This document shows positions 53,801 to 61,804 of a DNA stretch of 64,000 bases, in pieces. The notes beneath the pieces are model-generated. The model did not search any database and had not been told where the DNA came from. It was given only the letters and a program-made list of their open reading frames with translations. Source of the DNA: an archaeon (GTDB taxonomy: Archaea; Nanobdellota; Nanobdellia; Woesearchaeales; GW2011-AR15); contig JAZDLQ010000103.1 of assembly GCA_043801855.1 (NCBI GenBank), forward strand, positions 1,834-65,833, read 5' to 3'. The stretch's first letter is position 1. Each line of letters starts with the position of its first letter. A program made the position numbers and the translations under genes.

Positions 53801-55305
53801 GATAATTCTTCAACTAGTGGCTCCATCTTATCAGATATTCCAATAAAATCTGAACTGAACAAATAAGGGTATGGGTTAGAGCCTTGAAATCCATGTTCCC
53901 AGTAAAAGGCAGACTGATAGTTTGTGCTTATCGGCATTGGAAGCACCCTGTAATCTTCTTTATCTGCCTCAAGATAATCATTTGCCAATTCATAATATTG
54001 CGGAACTTTAAAGGAGCTTGACCTAAGCAATTTTCCCTCTTCAACAAAATCATATCCACTAAATACAGGCAATGCAAAAATCACAAATACTATGCTTATT
54101 GCAGCCTGCATCGCTATTTTTAACTTATTGTTTTTTATGCTTAATAATATTGCGTCAATCGACAATCCAATCAAGATTGAATAAAAAAGAGTGTAAATCA
54201 GGTTGAGTTTAGTTAGGTTTCTAAAAACAGTAATAAAGAATGGGATTTTCTGAAACACAACTGAATTGATAAAGCCAAAAGGAGGCTTTAGCCCGTTCTC
54301 AATTGCAATTATGCATAGCAGGCCAAATAATGTAAAATAGTACAAAGACTTGTTTGGAAGCCTAGTAAGCTTGATGCTAAACAGCGCAAGGCTAACAAAA
54401 AGAAATTCAATTATTATTATATACGGTGTTTTTAATATATGATTTGCATATGGAAAAAAAACATCTTCCCCCCTGAACTTTAATAGATAGTTTTGGCCAT
54501 ATGGAAAGCCGATAAAGGCGTACCTTATGTATGCGCTTGCGCCTTCCATCACAGATACATCTGTAGTTCCTTCAATATTTGAGGATAAAAGGTTTGTTTG
54601 CATTGAAAAAAGGCTCGGAAGAATCCAAAAGCTGTTTAATAGCATCCATAGCAAAAGGAATGTTGCAGAATATTTAGCGACAAATTTTTTTTCATCTTTA
54701 AAAAAATAATAAACAGCATAAAAGATCATCGGCAAAAATTGAATTATTATAAGGCCCGGATTTGTAAATGAATACGATGAGAACAGCGTAATTATAACAA
54801 CAGAGCTAAGTACATATCCCACTTTTTTTTTCTCAGCTAACCCTTTTATGAAAAGTGCAGTAGTGAGCGGAAGAGTTGCAAAAAGAGTAAAATAAAATAA
54901 ATGAAGCATTACTCCTATTCCAAATGCGTAAAACATTGAGCAAAAAATCCTGCTAAAAAATCTCATCTCCAAAACACGGCATAGATAGTACATTGATGCA
55001 GCAGAACCAAAAATTATCAGGAGATAATACACCCTTTGGGAAAGTTCTGGCCCAATAGCCGATATGATTAGGCTAAAAAACCCGAAAGGGAAAATCATAG
55101 GAGATGCTCTCGTCATGGAATACCCAAGGGAATCAGGCGTCCACATATAAATTAGTGATTTGAAGTATTTGATGTCAAGCAGCGGCCAGAAATGATCGTA
55201 ATACCAAATCATTGTGCTTTTTTTAAAAAATCGAGTAATTATAAATAGCGACATTAAGAATAAAAGGCAAAGCCCAAGTAAATTCTTTTTTTTTTCAAGT
55301 TTCAT
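50899..55305 (-). CDS. GT-C-like (AftD/DUF3367-type) polytopic membrane protein fused through an extra TM helix to a C-terminal beta-propeller-like domain
   Basis: 1468 aa. The first ~860 residues are collinear with the upstream paralogue (YYDHFWPLLDIKYF, FQKIPFFITVFRNLTKLNLI, QGSNPYPYLF, HNDYGEALSISSD). Then come two TM helices and about 560 aa of repeated blades (SIYPYSISLASDGAVFFTN, IFIGDYLGKKIFLAD, LIFTDAGQITKI, TIYATDTSLNLIYKIN, NIYVSNT...ILKIT, SIYAATFGQHSILNI). Confidence 0.75.
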   Translation of the reverse strand: MKLEKKKNLLGLCLLFLMSLFIITRFFKKSTMIWYYDHFWPLLDIKYFKSLIYMWTPDSLGYSMTRASPMIFPFGFFSLIISAIGPELSQRVYYLLIIFGSAASMYYLCRVLEMRFFSRIFCSMFYAFGIGVMLHLFYFTLFATLPLTTALFIKGLAEKKKVGYVLSSVVIITLFSSYSFTNPGLIIIQFLPMIFYAVYYFFKDEKKFVAKYSATFLLLWMLLNSFWILPSLFSMQTNLLSSNIEGTTDVSVMEGASAYIRYAFIGFPYGQNYLLKFRGEDVFFPYANHILKTPYIIIIEFLFVSLALFSIKLTRLPNKSLYYFTLFGLLCIIAIENGLKPPFGFINSVVFQKIPFFITVFRNLTKLNLIYTLFYSILIGLSIDAILLSIKNNKLKIAMQAAISIVFVIFALPVFSGYDFVEEGKLLRSSSFKVPQYYELANDYLEADKEDYRVLPMPISTNYQSAFYWEHGFQGSNPYPYLFSSDFIGISDKMEPLVEELSLALSNISIVSFNEIDDKIIFTYEIPEYGFNEKTFSQNYVTVFKNSLPGAKGYSSLFSSGQIILYHPGYIILNLSNSNEVVNGLVEYSSFEHNDYGEALSISSDMKHWKKIYDNTFISEKITKKSISFTEENPARDFYLRIETNGKKHSTINYLKILMNYSNNSPFDKQPSESSISPMLDYLFKIYNIKYLLLHEDANWGYIEGNNDWYPITGKKYLSFISYLHNSGYEQKQFGKLQIINLQNTNMHIYTSSYLQHYNHSIRAFENLQVWNPGYNKANLVVPAEEIYGGADDTYIKKSPVMFIVNKTSSNKFLIFSEAYDDNWVLVKGKPSMLGQFFQKKENKHFSVNFYANGWHAEEPGIYTIYYYPQSIYQAAIYALLIVFGIFLYVAFKKEEDMQIAAFIRKNLLLIVFLTLLASIAACLMLDSLYQGRTYHIKPSEFAVRHNDAPISQYDNEAIEDMDDDLAQRKTIIGSEKKADDDVSIYGEASDKKGSSKQASILWTNTSIYPYSISLASDGAVFFTNYYLETDTIYKFEIGNKNVSEIKIQADNQKIDSIMLVKHKDGDSIFIGDYLGKKIFLADINKQKTIKIADTEEALFGMDYSKEENTLIFTDAGQITKIKGNGKKESLLNFTGIFGGIQGILFASNNTIYATDTSLNLIYKINSRAQISTLKSEYFSEPRGLIQDIIGNIYVSNTLHEGADGYILKITPENKIYILEKSRKILQEMVNISGIHLEQLAYDKEMDSIYAATFGQHSILNITLSDETYAFVGVANEEKLIENEQTILLDSYNIIDKSKQTISPFPDFSVENMQKTIINIIPNNSLCDTSQNVLSININLSCANVMVNNANSSVMYISTKQEAGKVKIKLNLEKYFSESYHIEPNIAVVSWVKATEKGCARIGIYPASGHMTRLSHYNLFSSDSLGKNYEILYFLGKMDANENEGEAIIFIEPNCDVEIYNPLIIMEP

Positions 55306-58300
55306 TATCTATGCCTTTTTCTTACGCTTATAAGCAGTATTGGGTATGCAATAATGATTATAATTGTTAAGCTTAAAAATACATTCAGGTACGTCTGAGG
55401 ATAGAAAAAAAGAGTATATCTCCCTGCATCAGCAATATGCCATGCATTCGCATAGAAGTTTACTTTTATGTGGTTGAAGCCATCATTTAATCCTAATCTG
55501 TCAAAAAAAGAGGGGCTGCCCTTTACAAGTCTCCAGTTATCGTCATACCTTGCTGATAAAACAAGGTATTCTGGCATGCTTGATTTTTTTTCGACAATAA
55601 TTTCTGTAGGATTCGCAATATTGTATTCTGCAATTCTCATGTTTTCAACAGGCGCATTTGGGCTAATAATAAATTCTTCATCATATTTTTGAGCGTCTTT
55701 GATGTTTAGATTAGCAAATGTTGCTTTACTGAATTTTTCAATACTGTCCACAAAGTAGACATATTTTGCTTCTTCTTCAAGCTGGGTTATGCTAACCATT
55801 CCAATATCAACAGATCTATTATTGTTATCATCACTAAATAATTTAAGAAAATTTAGGTACTGAAATTTTGTATTTGGATACCAATCATTGGACCGCAATG
55901 CTATGTAATTCCAATTTGTGTCTTTATGAAACAAGATAGAATCAATATTATAAAGCGACAGTACATGCTTAATTAGCTTAAAATCAATGTTGTCCTTGCT
56001 TAAATCGTTTTTATATTTAATACTGACATCAATCGCAGAAATCGTCTGGTGCTTTTTAGTATTATTTGAGAGCTTAAAATAAACAAAATTGGCTCCATTA
56101 GCGTATTCACTTTCTGCAAGCTTTTGTGTGTATCCTGCATTATCGGCATTATTATTTAGCAGTTCAATCCAGTTTAGGCCATCTCTGCTGATGCTGATTC
56201 TCTCACCATAATCCTTATGATTATAGCTCCTGTATTCGAATGCGGCATTCTGTATTGGGTATCCAACATCAAACTTCCATATAATCTCACTAGGTTTTTC
56301 TGAAACCAGCTGTCCGCTTTCTATTGACCAATTATTGTAATTATGGTCTGAAGTTAAATTACCTTGGAGATAATTAAATGCTGCAATATCCGTTTTTCTG
56401 AAGCCATTCTTATCTATTTTATAATTATAGTACATATATTCATCGGTTCTTACCAATTTGCAGCCTGTGCCAGCAAGATTTGCACTGATATCAATGAAGC
56501 TTACTGTTGAATGCTTTCTGCCATTGCTCTCTAATTTCATCATCATCCTGTTTTTTCCATGCAGATAACGAGAAGAAATATTTTTTACACTAATTACATT
56601 ATCACTTAGCGTATTATTAAATATCAAAAGCCACTCATTGCTGTCGCCAGATAAATATATCTTTTCTCCGTAGTCATTATGGTTAAAGCTTCTTAAAGAG
56701 ACATTGACCTCGTTTATCGGGCAGGTAAATGAATAATCCCATATTAAATAACAGTTGCCTGTGCAAACTAATTGGCCGCCGTCTGCAAGCCATGGACTAT
56801 GTTCTGCATCGCCATTAAATCCATTCAAGCTTGATACTCTCTCTTCATAGAACCCAAAATACGGCACTTGGTAATAGAAGATGCCATCACCTGAGAGATA
56901 TTCAAGTGGCATCCTCGAGATGTATCCAGAGAGTGTATCAAAAAGAAAATCTGAGCCCCACTTTGATCCTATTACATTTTTTTTGAATAGGTATGGGTAA
57001 GGATTTGAGCCCTGGTAACCTTTATCCCAGTCCAACGCAAGTTGATATGTCTTTGTTAAAGGCATTGATAATGCTCTTGCGTCCTGGTTTGATTCTGCCA
57101 AATATTTATCAGCAGCACTGTAATAGTCTGGTATTTCAACACTTGAGCTTCTTAAGAATTCTCCTTTATCAACAAAATTATATCCTTTCCATACAGGGAA
57201 AGAATAGGCTATGAAAATCACAATCAATATTGCATAGACTGCTTTTGGGAGCTTTTTTTTCTCAATAGTATCAATTGATTTGCCTATCATCAATGCAGCA
57301 AGCATCATCACAATTAAGTTGAATTTTGTCAAATTCCTAAAGATAGTTATAAAAAAGGGAATCTTTTGGAAAACAAATGTGTTTATGGTGCTAAATGGTT
57401 CCTTAAGGCCGTTCTCAATAATAATTAATAACAAATAAAAAAAGAATACGAATAGATAAAAAGAATAATCTTTTGAATTTGGAAAAACCAAAAATAAAAT
57501 CATCAATAAAAAAAATAAAAAACCTATAAATATGACGATTGGATTTTTAAGGAAATGATTTGCCCACGTAAATATAACGTCTTTTTCAAATTTGGAAAAA
57601 TATCCCTGGCCATAAGGAAGATTAAGCATAGCATATTTAATGTCAGCGCTCACGCCTTTCATTACAGTTATATCAGTCATACCTGAAATCTCTGAGCTTT
57701 CTAAGTTTGATTTAATCGAAAAAAAGTTGGGCACTATCCAAAATGAATTAATTAATAGCCAAAAAAAGGCAAGGGCAAGTGAAAACTTAATTACATGCTG
57801 CTTATTTTTTTCAGTAAATAAAAAGAAAATCCCTGCAAATAAGAGAGGCAGCCATTGAATTATAATATATCCTGGGTTTGAATATGCTGAAGTTCCAGTA
57901 AATAGCCAGATAACCGAGAACAAATATATATAGGGAAATTTTTTCTGCTTTTTTATGCCATTTATATAAAGGCCAAAATATAATGGCATGAACGCAAACA
58001 AGGTAAGGTATGAAAATCCAAAAATCAGGCTAAGGCCAAATGCGTAAAAACATGCGGAGAAGAATCTGGAAAACTTTGAGAGATTTAGTATTGAACATAA
58101 ATAATACATAGATACTGCAGCAGATGCAATGATAAAAAAATAATATACACCTTGTGATGTTAGATTGCTTAAACCAATAAAATCAATTATTCCAATAAAA
58201 AGCCCCATCGGAAGAAGATTAGGTATTCCCCTGACAAATGACATTCCAATTCCATCAGCATTCCACGTATATAAATTAGATAAGAAATATTTTATTCCTA

Positions 58301-58430
58301 AAATTGGCCAGAAATGATCAAAGTGCCATATTGGAAGACCATCATTAAAATAATTTAGAGTTACAATTAATGATAATAATAACAGAATCGATATGAGAAT
58401 CCATGATTTTCTTAGAAGTTTTATTAACAC
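55305..58430 (-). CDS. GT-C-like (AftD/DUF3367-type) polytopic membrane protein with two discoidin/CBM-like inserts
   Basis: 1041 aa with about 14 N-terminal TM helices, HFDHFWPILGIKYF, FQKIPFFITIFRNLTKFNLI, QGSNPYPYLF, two HNDYGE/HKDYGE beta-sandwich segments and a C-terminal TM helix. Its stop shares one base (TAATG) with the downstream paralogue. Confidence 0.75.
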   Translation of the reverse strand: MLIKLLRKSWILISILLLLSLIVTLNYFNDGLPIWHFDHFWPILGIKYFLSNLYTWNADGIGMSFVRGIPNLLPMGLFIGIIDFIGLSNLTSQGVYYFFIIASAAVSMYYLCSILNLSKFSRFFSACFYAFGLSLIFGFSYLTLFAFMPLYFGLYINGIKKQKKFPYIYLFSVIWLFTGTSAYSNPGYIIIQWLPLLFAGIFFLFTEKNKQHVIKFSLALAFFWLLINSFWIVPNFFSIKSNLESSEISGMTDITVMKGVSADIKYAMLNLPYGQGYFSKFEKDVIFTWANHFLKNPIVIFIGFLFFLLMILFLVFPNSKDYSFYLFVFFFYLLLIIIENGLKEPFSTINTFVFQKIPFFITIFRNLTKFNLIVMMLAALMIGKSIDTIEKKKLPKAVYAILIVIFIAYSFPVWKGYNFVDKGEFLRSSSVEIPDYYSAADKYLAESNQDARALSMPLTKTYQLALDWDKGYQGSNPYPYLFKKNVIGSKWGSDFLFDTLSGYISRMPLEYLSGDGIFYYQVPYFGFYEERVSSLNGFNGDAEHSPWLADGGQLVCTGNCYLIWDYSFTCPINEVNVSLRSFNHNDYGEKIYLSGDSNEWLLIFNNTLSDNVISVKNISSRYLHGKNRMMMKLESNGRKHSTVSFIDISANLAGTGCKLVRTDEYMYYNYKIDKNGFRKTDIAAFNYLQGNLTSDHNYNNWSIESGQLVSEKPSEIIWKFDVGYPIQNAAFEYRSYNHKDYGERISISRDGLNWIELLNNNADNAGYTQKLAESEYANGANFVYFKLSNNTKKHQTISAIDVSIKYKNDLSKDNIDFKLIKHVLSLYNIDSILFHKDTNWNYIALRSNDWYPNTKFQYLNFLKLFSDDNNNRSVDIGMVSITQLEEEAKYVYFVDSIEKFSKATFANLNIKDAQKYDEEFIISPNAPVENMRIAEYNIANPTEIIVEKKSSMPEYLVLSARYDDNWRLVKGSPSFFDRLGLNDGFNHIKVNFYANAWHIADAGRYTLFFYPQTYLNVFLSLTIIIIIAYPILLISVRKRHR

Positions 58431-58442
58431 TTTATTTTTAAC

Positions 58443-58799
58443 CTATTTATTATCTGTTTTTGTAAAATTAGCGATAGCCATTACAATTGTACCTGCCAAA
58501 AGCAAAAGAAATACTGCAATGGATGCGTTTTCAGCAAGGCTATCTCTACCAACTATCATGGCAAAAGGAATAATCGGCAGTATTACAAACGAAATTTTAT
58601 AAAGTGAATCAGAACGAAGATAATTCAGTTCTGGTATGCTTGATACAAGAGACCTAATCGTCATTGCAAATTTTTTCATAATAATTTTTAAGATATTTAT
58701 AGTAATATTAAGTGGTTTTATCAATAATATATTGCAGACAGCATCAAAAGCTTCATCAACTAGTTTATTCTGGAAAAAATCGTCTTTTATTTCGTTCAC
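58443..58799 (-). CDS. Small hypothetical membrane protein
   Basis: 118 aa with two predicted TM helices at the C-terminal half. Co-directional with the GT-C genes, 12 nt upstream of 58430. Confidence 0.5.
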   Translation of the reverse strand: MNEIKDDFFQNKLVDEAFDAVCNILLIKPLNITINILKIIMKKFAMTIRSLVSSIPELNYLRSDSLYKISFVILPIIPFAMIVGRDSLAENASIAVFLLLLAGTIVMAIANFTKTDNK

Positions 58800-58812
58800 C
58801 CCGGATATAATT

Positions 58813-59805
58813 TCATTTGGTACTTAATTTTATCTTATTTAGACCACCATACAATGGAAATATCATAAAATCATCATAATTATTTACAACCTTAGCATTA
58901 TTATAATTCGCATAAAGATGCAATATTAATTTTTCGGTGCAATTTTCTGGCATAAAAATAGTTGAATATTTTTTCCATTCATTTGATGAATTTAAAGCAA
59001 CATTTATATTGCATATTCCACAGCCGCTGTCCCAAAGGCAAATATATGGATTGTCTCCCTTATAATAAAATGAAATTGAATATGATTTTGCATTTTCAAT
59101 TTGTTTTATCTCCTGATTTACGCATGCGCAATGGCTGCTTGATCCTAATTCAAGAGAATATTTTTTTTCAATTGAATTATTTGATTGTATTGCAAAAATA
59201 CTTTCAGTGCCAGACTTGCCCTTGCAGCAATCCTTTACACCACTCCACGTCCCTTCCTCAAAACCGCCATCTTTAAGCAGATTCTCACCAGTTCCAGGAA
59301 ACTCAATCTTCAAAGAATGCTCTCCTTTTTTTAGCTTCATGTCTCCAATGTTCACCCACATGTAATCCTCTCCAAACACTTTTTGGGTAAAATACTTTTC
59401 GTCAACAGATATTTTATTTTTCCTGTTCTCAAAATTAGACAATATATATAGGTTATAATTGCCTGTTTCATTAATGCTGAATTTATACAGGGCAGAATTG
59501 CCACTTACCTCTCCATTGGATAAGTCAATATCTATTTCAACACTTTCGCTGCTAAAAGAATCATTGCCATCCAATATTGAATTTAGCGCAATGAATATAA
59601 TAAGTAATACGCCAGCTGCAGCAAAGATTGCCTCTGCTGCATTAATCAGATGCTTTCTAAAATTTTTTTTAACTTTTATCATTCTTTTTTTATCTGGCTC
59701 AATTGCAGCTTTTATCTTTTTTAACGGTGTATAATATTTGGAATGTGAATCATCCTGAAATATTGTCTCATCTTTAGGAATTTTAATCTTATGAATAACA
59801 CTCAC
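58813..59805 (-). CDS. Membrane-anchored protein with CBM4/9-like carbohydrate-binding module
   Basis: 330 aa with an N-terminal TM anchor (AAEAIFAAAGVLLIIFIALNSIL) and a GGFEEGTWSG...YSLELGS...YSISFYYKG pattern typical of CBM4_9-type beta-sandwiches. Confidence 0.55.
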   Translation of the reverse strand: MSVIHKIKIPKDETIFQDDSHSKYYTPLKKIKAAIEPDKKRMIKVKKNFRKHLINAAEAIFAAAGVLLIIFIALNSILDGNDSFSSESVEIDIDLSNGEVSGNSALYKFSINETGNYNLYILSNFENRKNKISVDEKYFTQKVFGEDYMWVNIGDMKLKKGEHSLKIEFPGTGENLLKDGGFEEGTWSGVKDCCKGKSGTESIFAIQSNNSIEKKYSLELGSSSHCACVNQEIKQIENAKSYSISFYYKGDNPYICLWDSGCGICNINVALNSSNEWKKYSTIFMPENCTEKLILHLYANYNNAKVVNNYDDFMIFPLYGGLNKIKLSTK

Positions 59806-59889
59806 CCCATGCTAACGATTTATCTAGGCTAATATAAATTTTTTGCAAAATCGAAAGATTTAAGAAGAATTTCTTCCAAGGTTGTTAAT

Positions 59890-61128
59890 ATGGGCAGAAT
59901 TGTTGAGCTTAACAATATGGAATTTAGGATTAGTCCTGTTAGGCTGAAATACTTGTTGGACTTATACAAGTTATCAAATGAAGAATTTCTTTCAAAATTA
60001 CAGGGCACTAATAAAAATATAGTTTTATCATTGGACGATATAAGTCAGATATTACAAGATAATAAAAAAGTGAAGCTTACCTTATTAAAAAAAATGGATA
60101 ATATCTTTGGGAAAGGAGTTAATTGGCTTATTTCTAAGAGGGGTTTGCCTTCCAAGGAAAAATTTAGTCTTTTTTTTAGAAAAGATAAATTTAACTCGAG
60201 AATAAATATAGGCTCAATTAGGATAGTTGAAGAATTTGAAAGAAAGAAAGATGAAATTGAAGCTTATTGCAATAACATTAATTATAAGGCCATAAAAAAA
60301 TTAAATTATAATTTAACTGATGATCCTGACTTTGTCGCAAAAATTATAAGGAAGAAGTTTGATGAAACCAGAATTAAATTAAAAAAGGAGGCTCTTTTAA
60401 GAGAAAATAATTCAGATAGGGATTTTTTGGAAAATTTAATTCGGATCATTGAAGAGTTTAATGTTTTTGTTTTTGAATTTACCGAAAACTGGAATAAAAA
60501 AGATAAAGCAGATTTTAACGGTTTTTTCATGAGTCCAAACCTGATTGTCATAAAACGGCAGCAAAACTATTTTAAAAGGGAGATTTTTACATTAATGCAC
60601 GAATTTGCGCACTACTTAATTAATGAAGAAGAAATTGATGAAGAAGTAGGCGAGTCTTTAAATCAAGGAAAAGTCGAAAATTGGTGTAACGAATTTGCAT
60701 ATCAATTTTTAATTGCTGATTTTGATAATAAAATTAAGGAATTAGATGAAGCTGTTTCTTCAAATGGTTTTCACAAAGAATTGCTAGAAGAGATTTCTAA
60801 AAAAACCAGGTTAAGCACTTTAGCTTTATATACCAAGCTAAGAATTATTAATAAAATATCCGCAATGTCATATAGTAAAATATATGATGAGATTATTGAT
60901 TCTATTAACAAAGAAATTCAAAAAAAAAAGGAAGCTGCAGAGCTTGAAAGACAGATATTAAAAGAAAAAGATCAAAAATCATTTACAAGTTCTCCCAAGC
61001 CAATTGAATCTAATTTGTTTAAAGAAATCCTTAAAATTAATTATTTTGAAGGCAATATTAGTGAGGGTCAAGTATTGGAATCCTTAAAATTAAAGAATAA
61101 ATCAATAAATGAGGTAATTTATTCATGA
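59890..61128 (+). CDS. ImmA/IrrE-family (COG2856-type) zinc metallopeptidase with N-terminal HTH-like region
   Basis: 412 aa. It carries an HExxH motif in the family-typical context (REIFTLMHEFAHYLINEE), an N-terminal helix-turn-helix-like segment (LSNEEFLSKLQG) and a C-terminal coiled coil. Confidence 0.65.
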   Translation: MGRIVELNNMEFRISPVRLKYLLDLYKLSNEEFLSKLQGTNKNIVLSLDDISQILQDNKKVKLTLLKKMDNIFGKGVNWLISKRGLPSKEKFSLFFRKDKFNSRINIGSIRIVEEFERKKDEIEAYCNNINYKAIKKLNYNLTDDPDFVAKIIRKKFDETRIKLKKEALLRENNSDRDFLENLIRIIEEFNVFVFEFTENWNKKDKADFNGFFMSPNLIVIKRQQNYFKREIFTLMHEFAHYLINEEEIDEEVGESLNQGKVENWCNEFAYQFLIADFDNKIKELDEAVSSNGFHKELLEEISKKTRLSTLALYTKLRIINKISAMSYSKIYDEIIDSINKEIQKKKEAAELERQILKEKDQKSFTSSPKPIESNLFKEILKINYFEGNISEGQVLESLKLKNKSINEVIYS

Positions 61129-61725
61129 AATTTGATATACTGCTTATTGATGCAAATAGTATTATCAATTTTATGAGGTATTATCATAAATATTTTGCCT
61201 TTTATGATGTAAAAGAAAAAAAAACCTGAATTTCAAATAATATTCAAAGGATTACTGGACTTCCTAATTCAAAAAGTCAAGTCAGGTGAAATAATAATAT
61301 TAGACAAAGTAAATGATGAATTGTTGAGTTCTGATTTAAATGAATTTAAGGTTGCAATCAAAGATTTAATTATAAATAGTTTGGTTGTCTTTAATGAAGT
61401 GGGGGACTTAATAGAAAAATATAGAATTCTGGAAAATGAAAAATTAATCGATGATCAAGATAAAATTAATGCAGAATTAGAGCTTTATGAAACAAAATAT
61501 GCAGATTTATTTCTAGTTGCATATGCAAATAAGTTAAAATCAGAAGGCAAAAAGGTTTTATTAATTACTGAAGAAAAGTTTGGAAAAGAAGGAAAATTAA
61601 TCCCTAAAATTCCAATTATCTGCAAAAAAGAAAATGAAAATACTCATTGTAGAAATATGCCATTCGCATTATTTGAATTTTACAACGAAGAATTAGAATT
61701 CTCTCTAAATATTAATTCTAAATAG
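61125..61725 (+). pseudogene. DUF4411-type PIN-like protein interrupted by a +1 frameshift in an A9 run
   Basis: The ATG overlaps the ImmA stop (ATGA). Frame 0 gives MKFDILLIDANSIINFMRYYHKYFAFYDVKEKKT* (stop at 61227-61229). Frame +1 continues from the A9 run (61216-61224): PEFQIIFKGLLDFLIQKVKSGEIIILDKVNDELLSS...ADLFLVAYANKL...KVLLITEE...KIPIICKK. Joined, this resembles full-length DUF4411. Confidence 0.65.
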
Positions 61726-61804
61726 ATCTGATTTAGTAAATTTCTTTTTTATATTGCCTGCGTTCTCTATAAGCTTTATTAACAAAAAAACTTTCCATAT
61801 GTGA

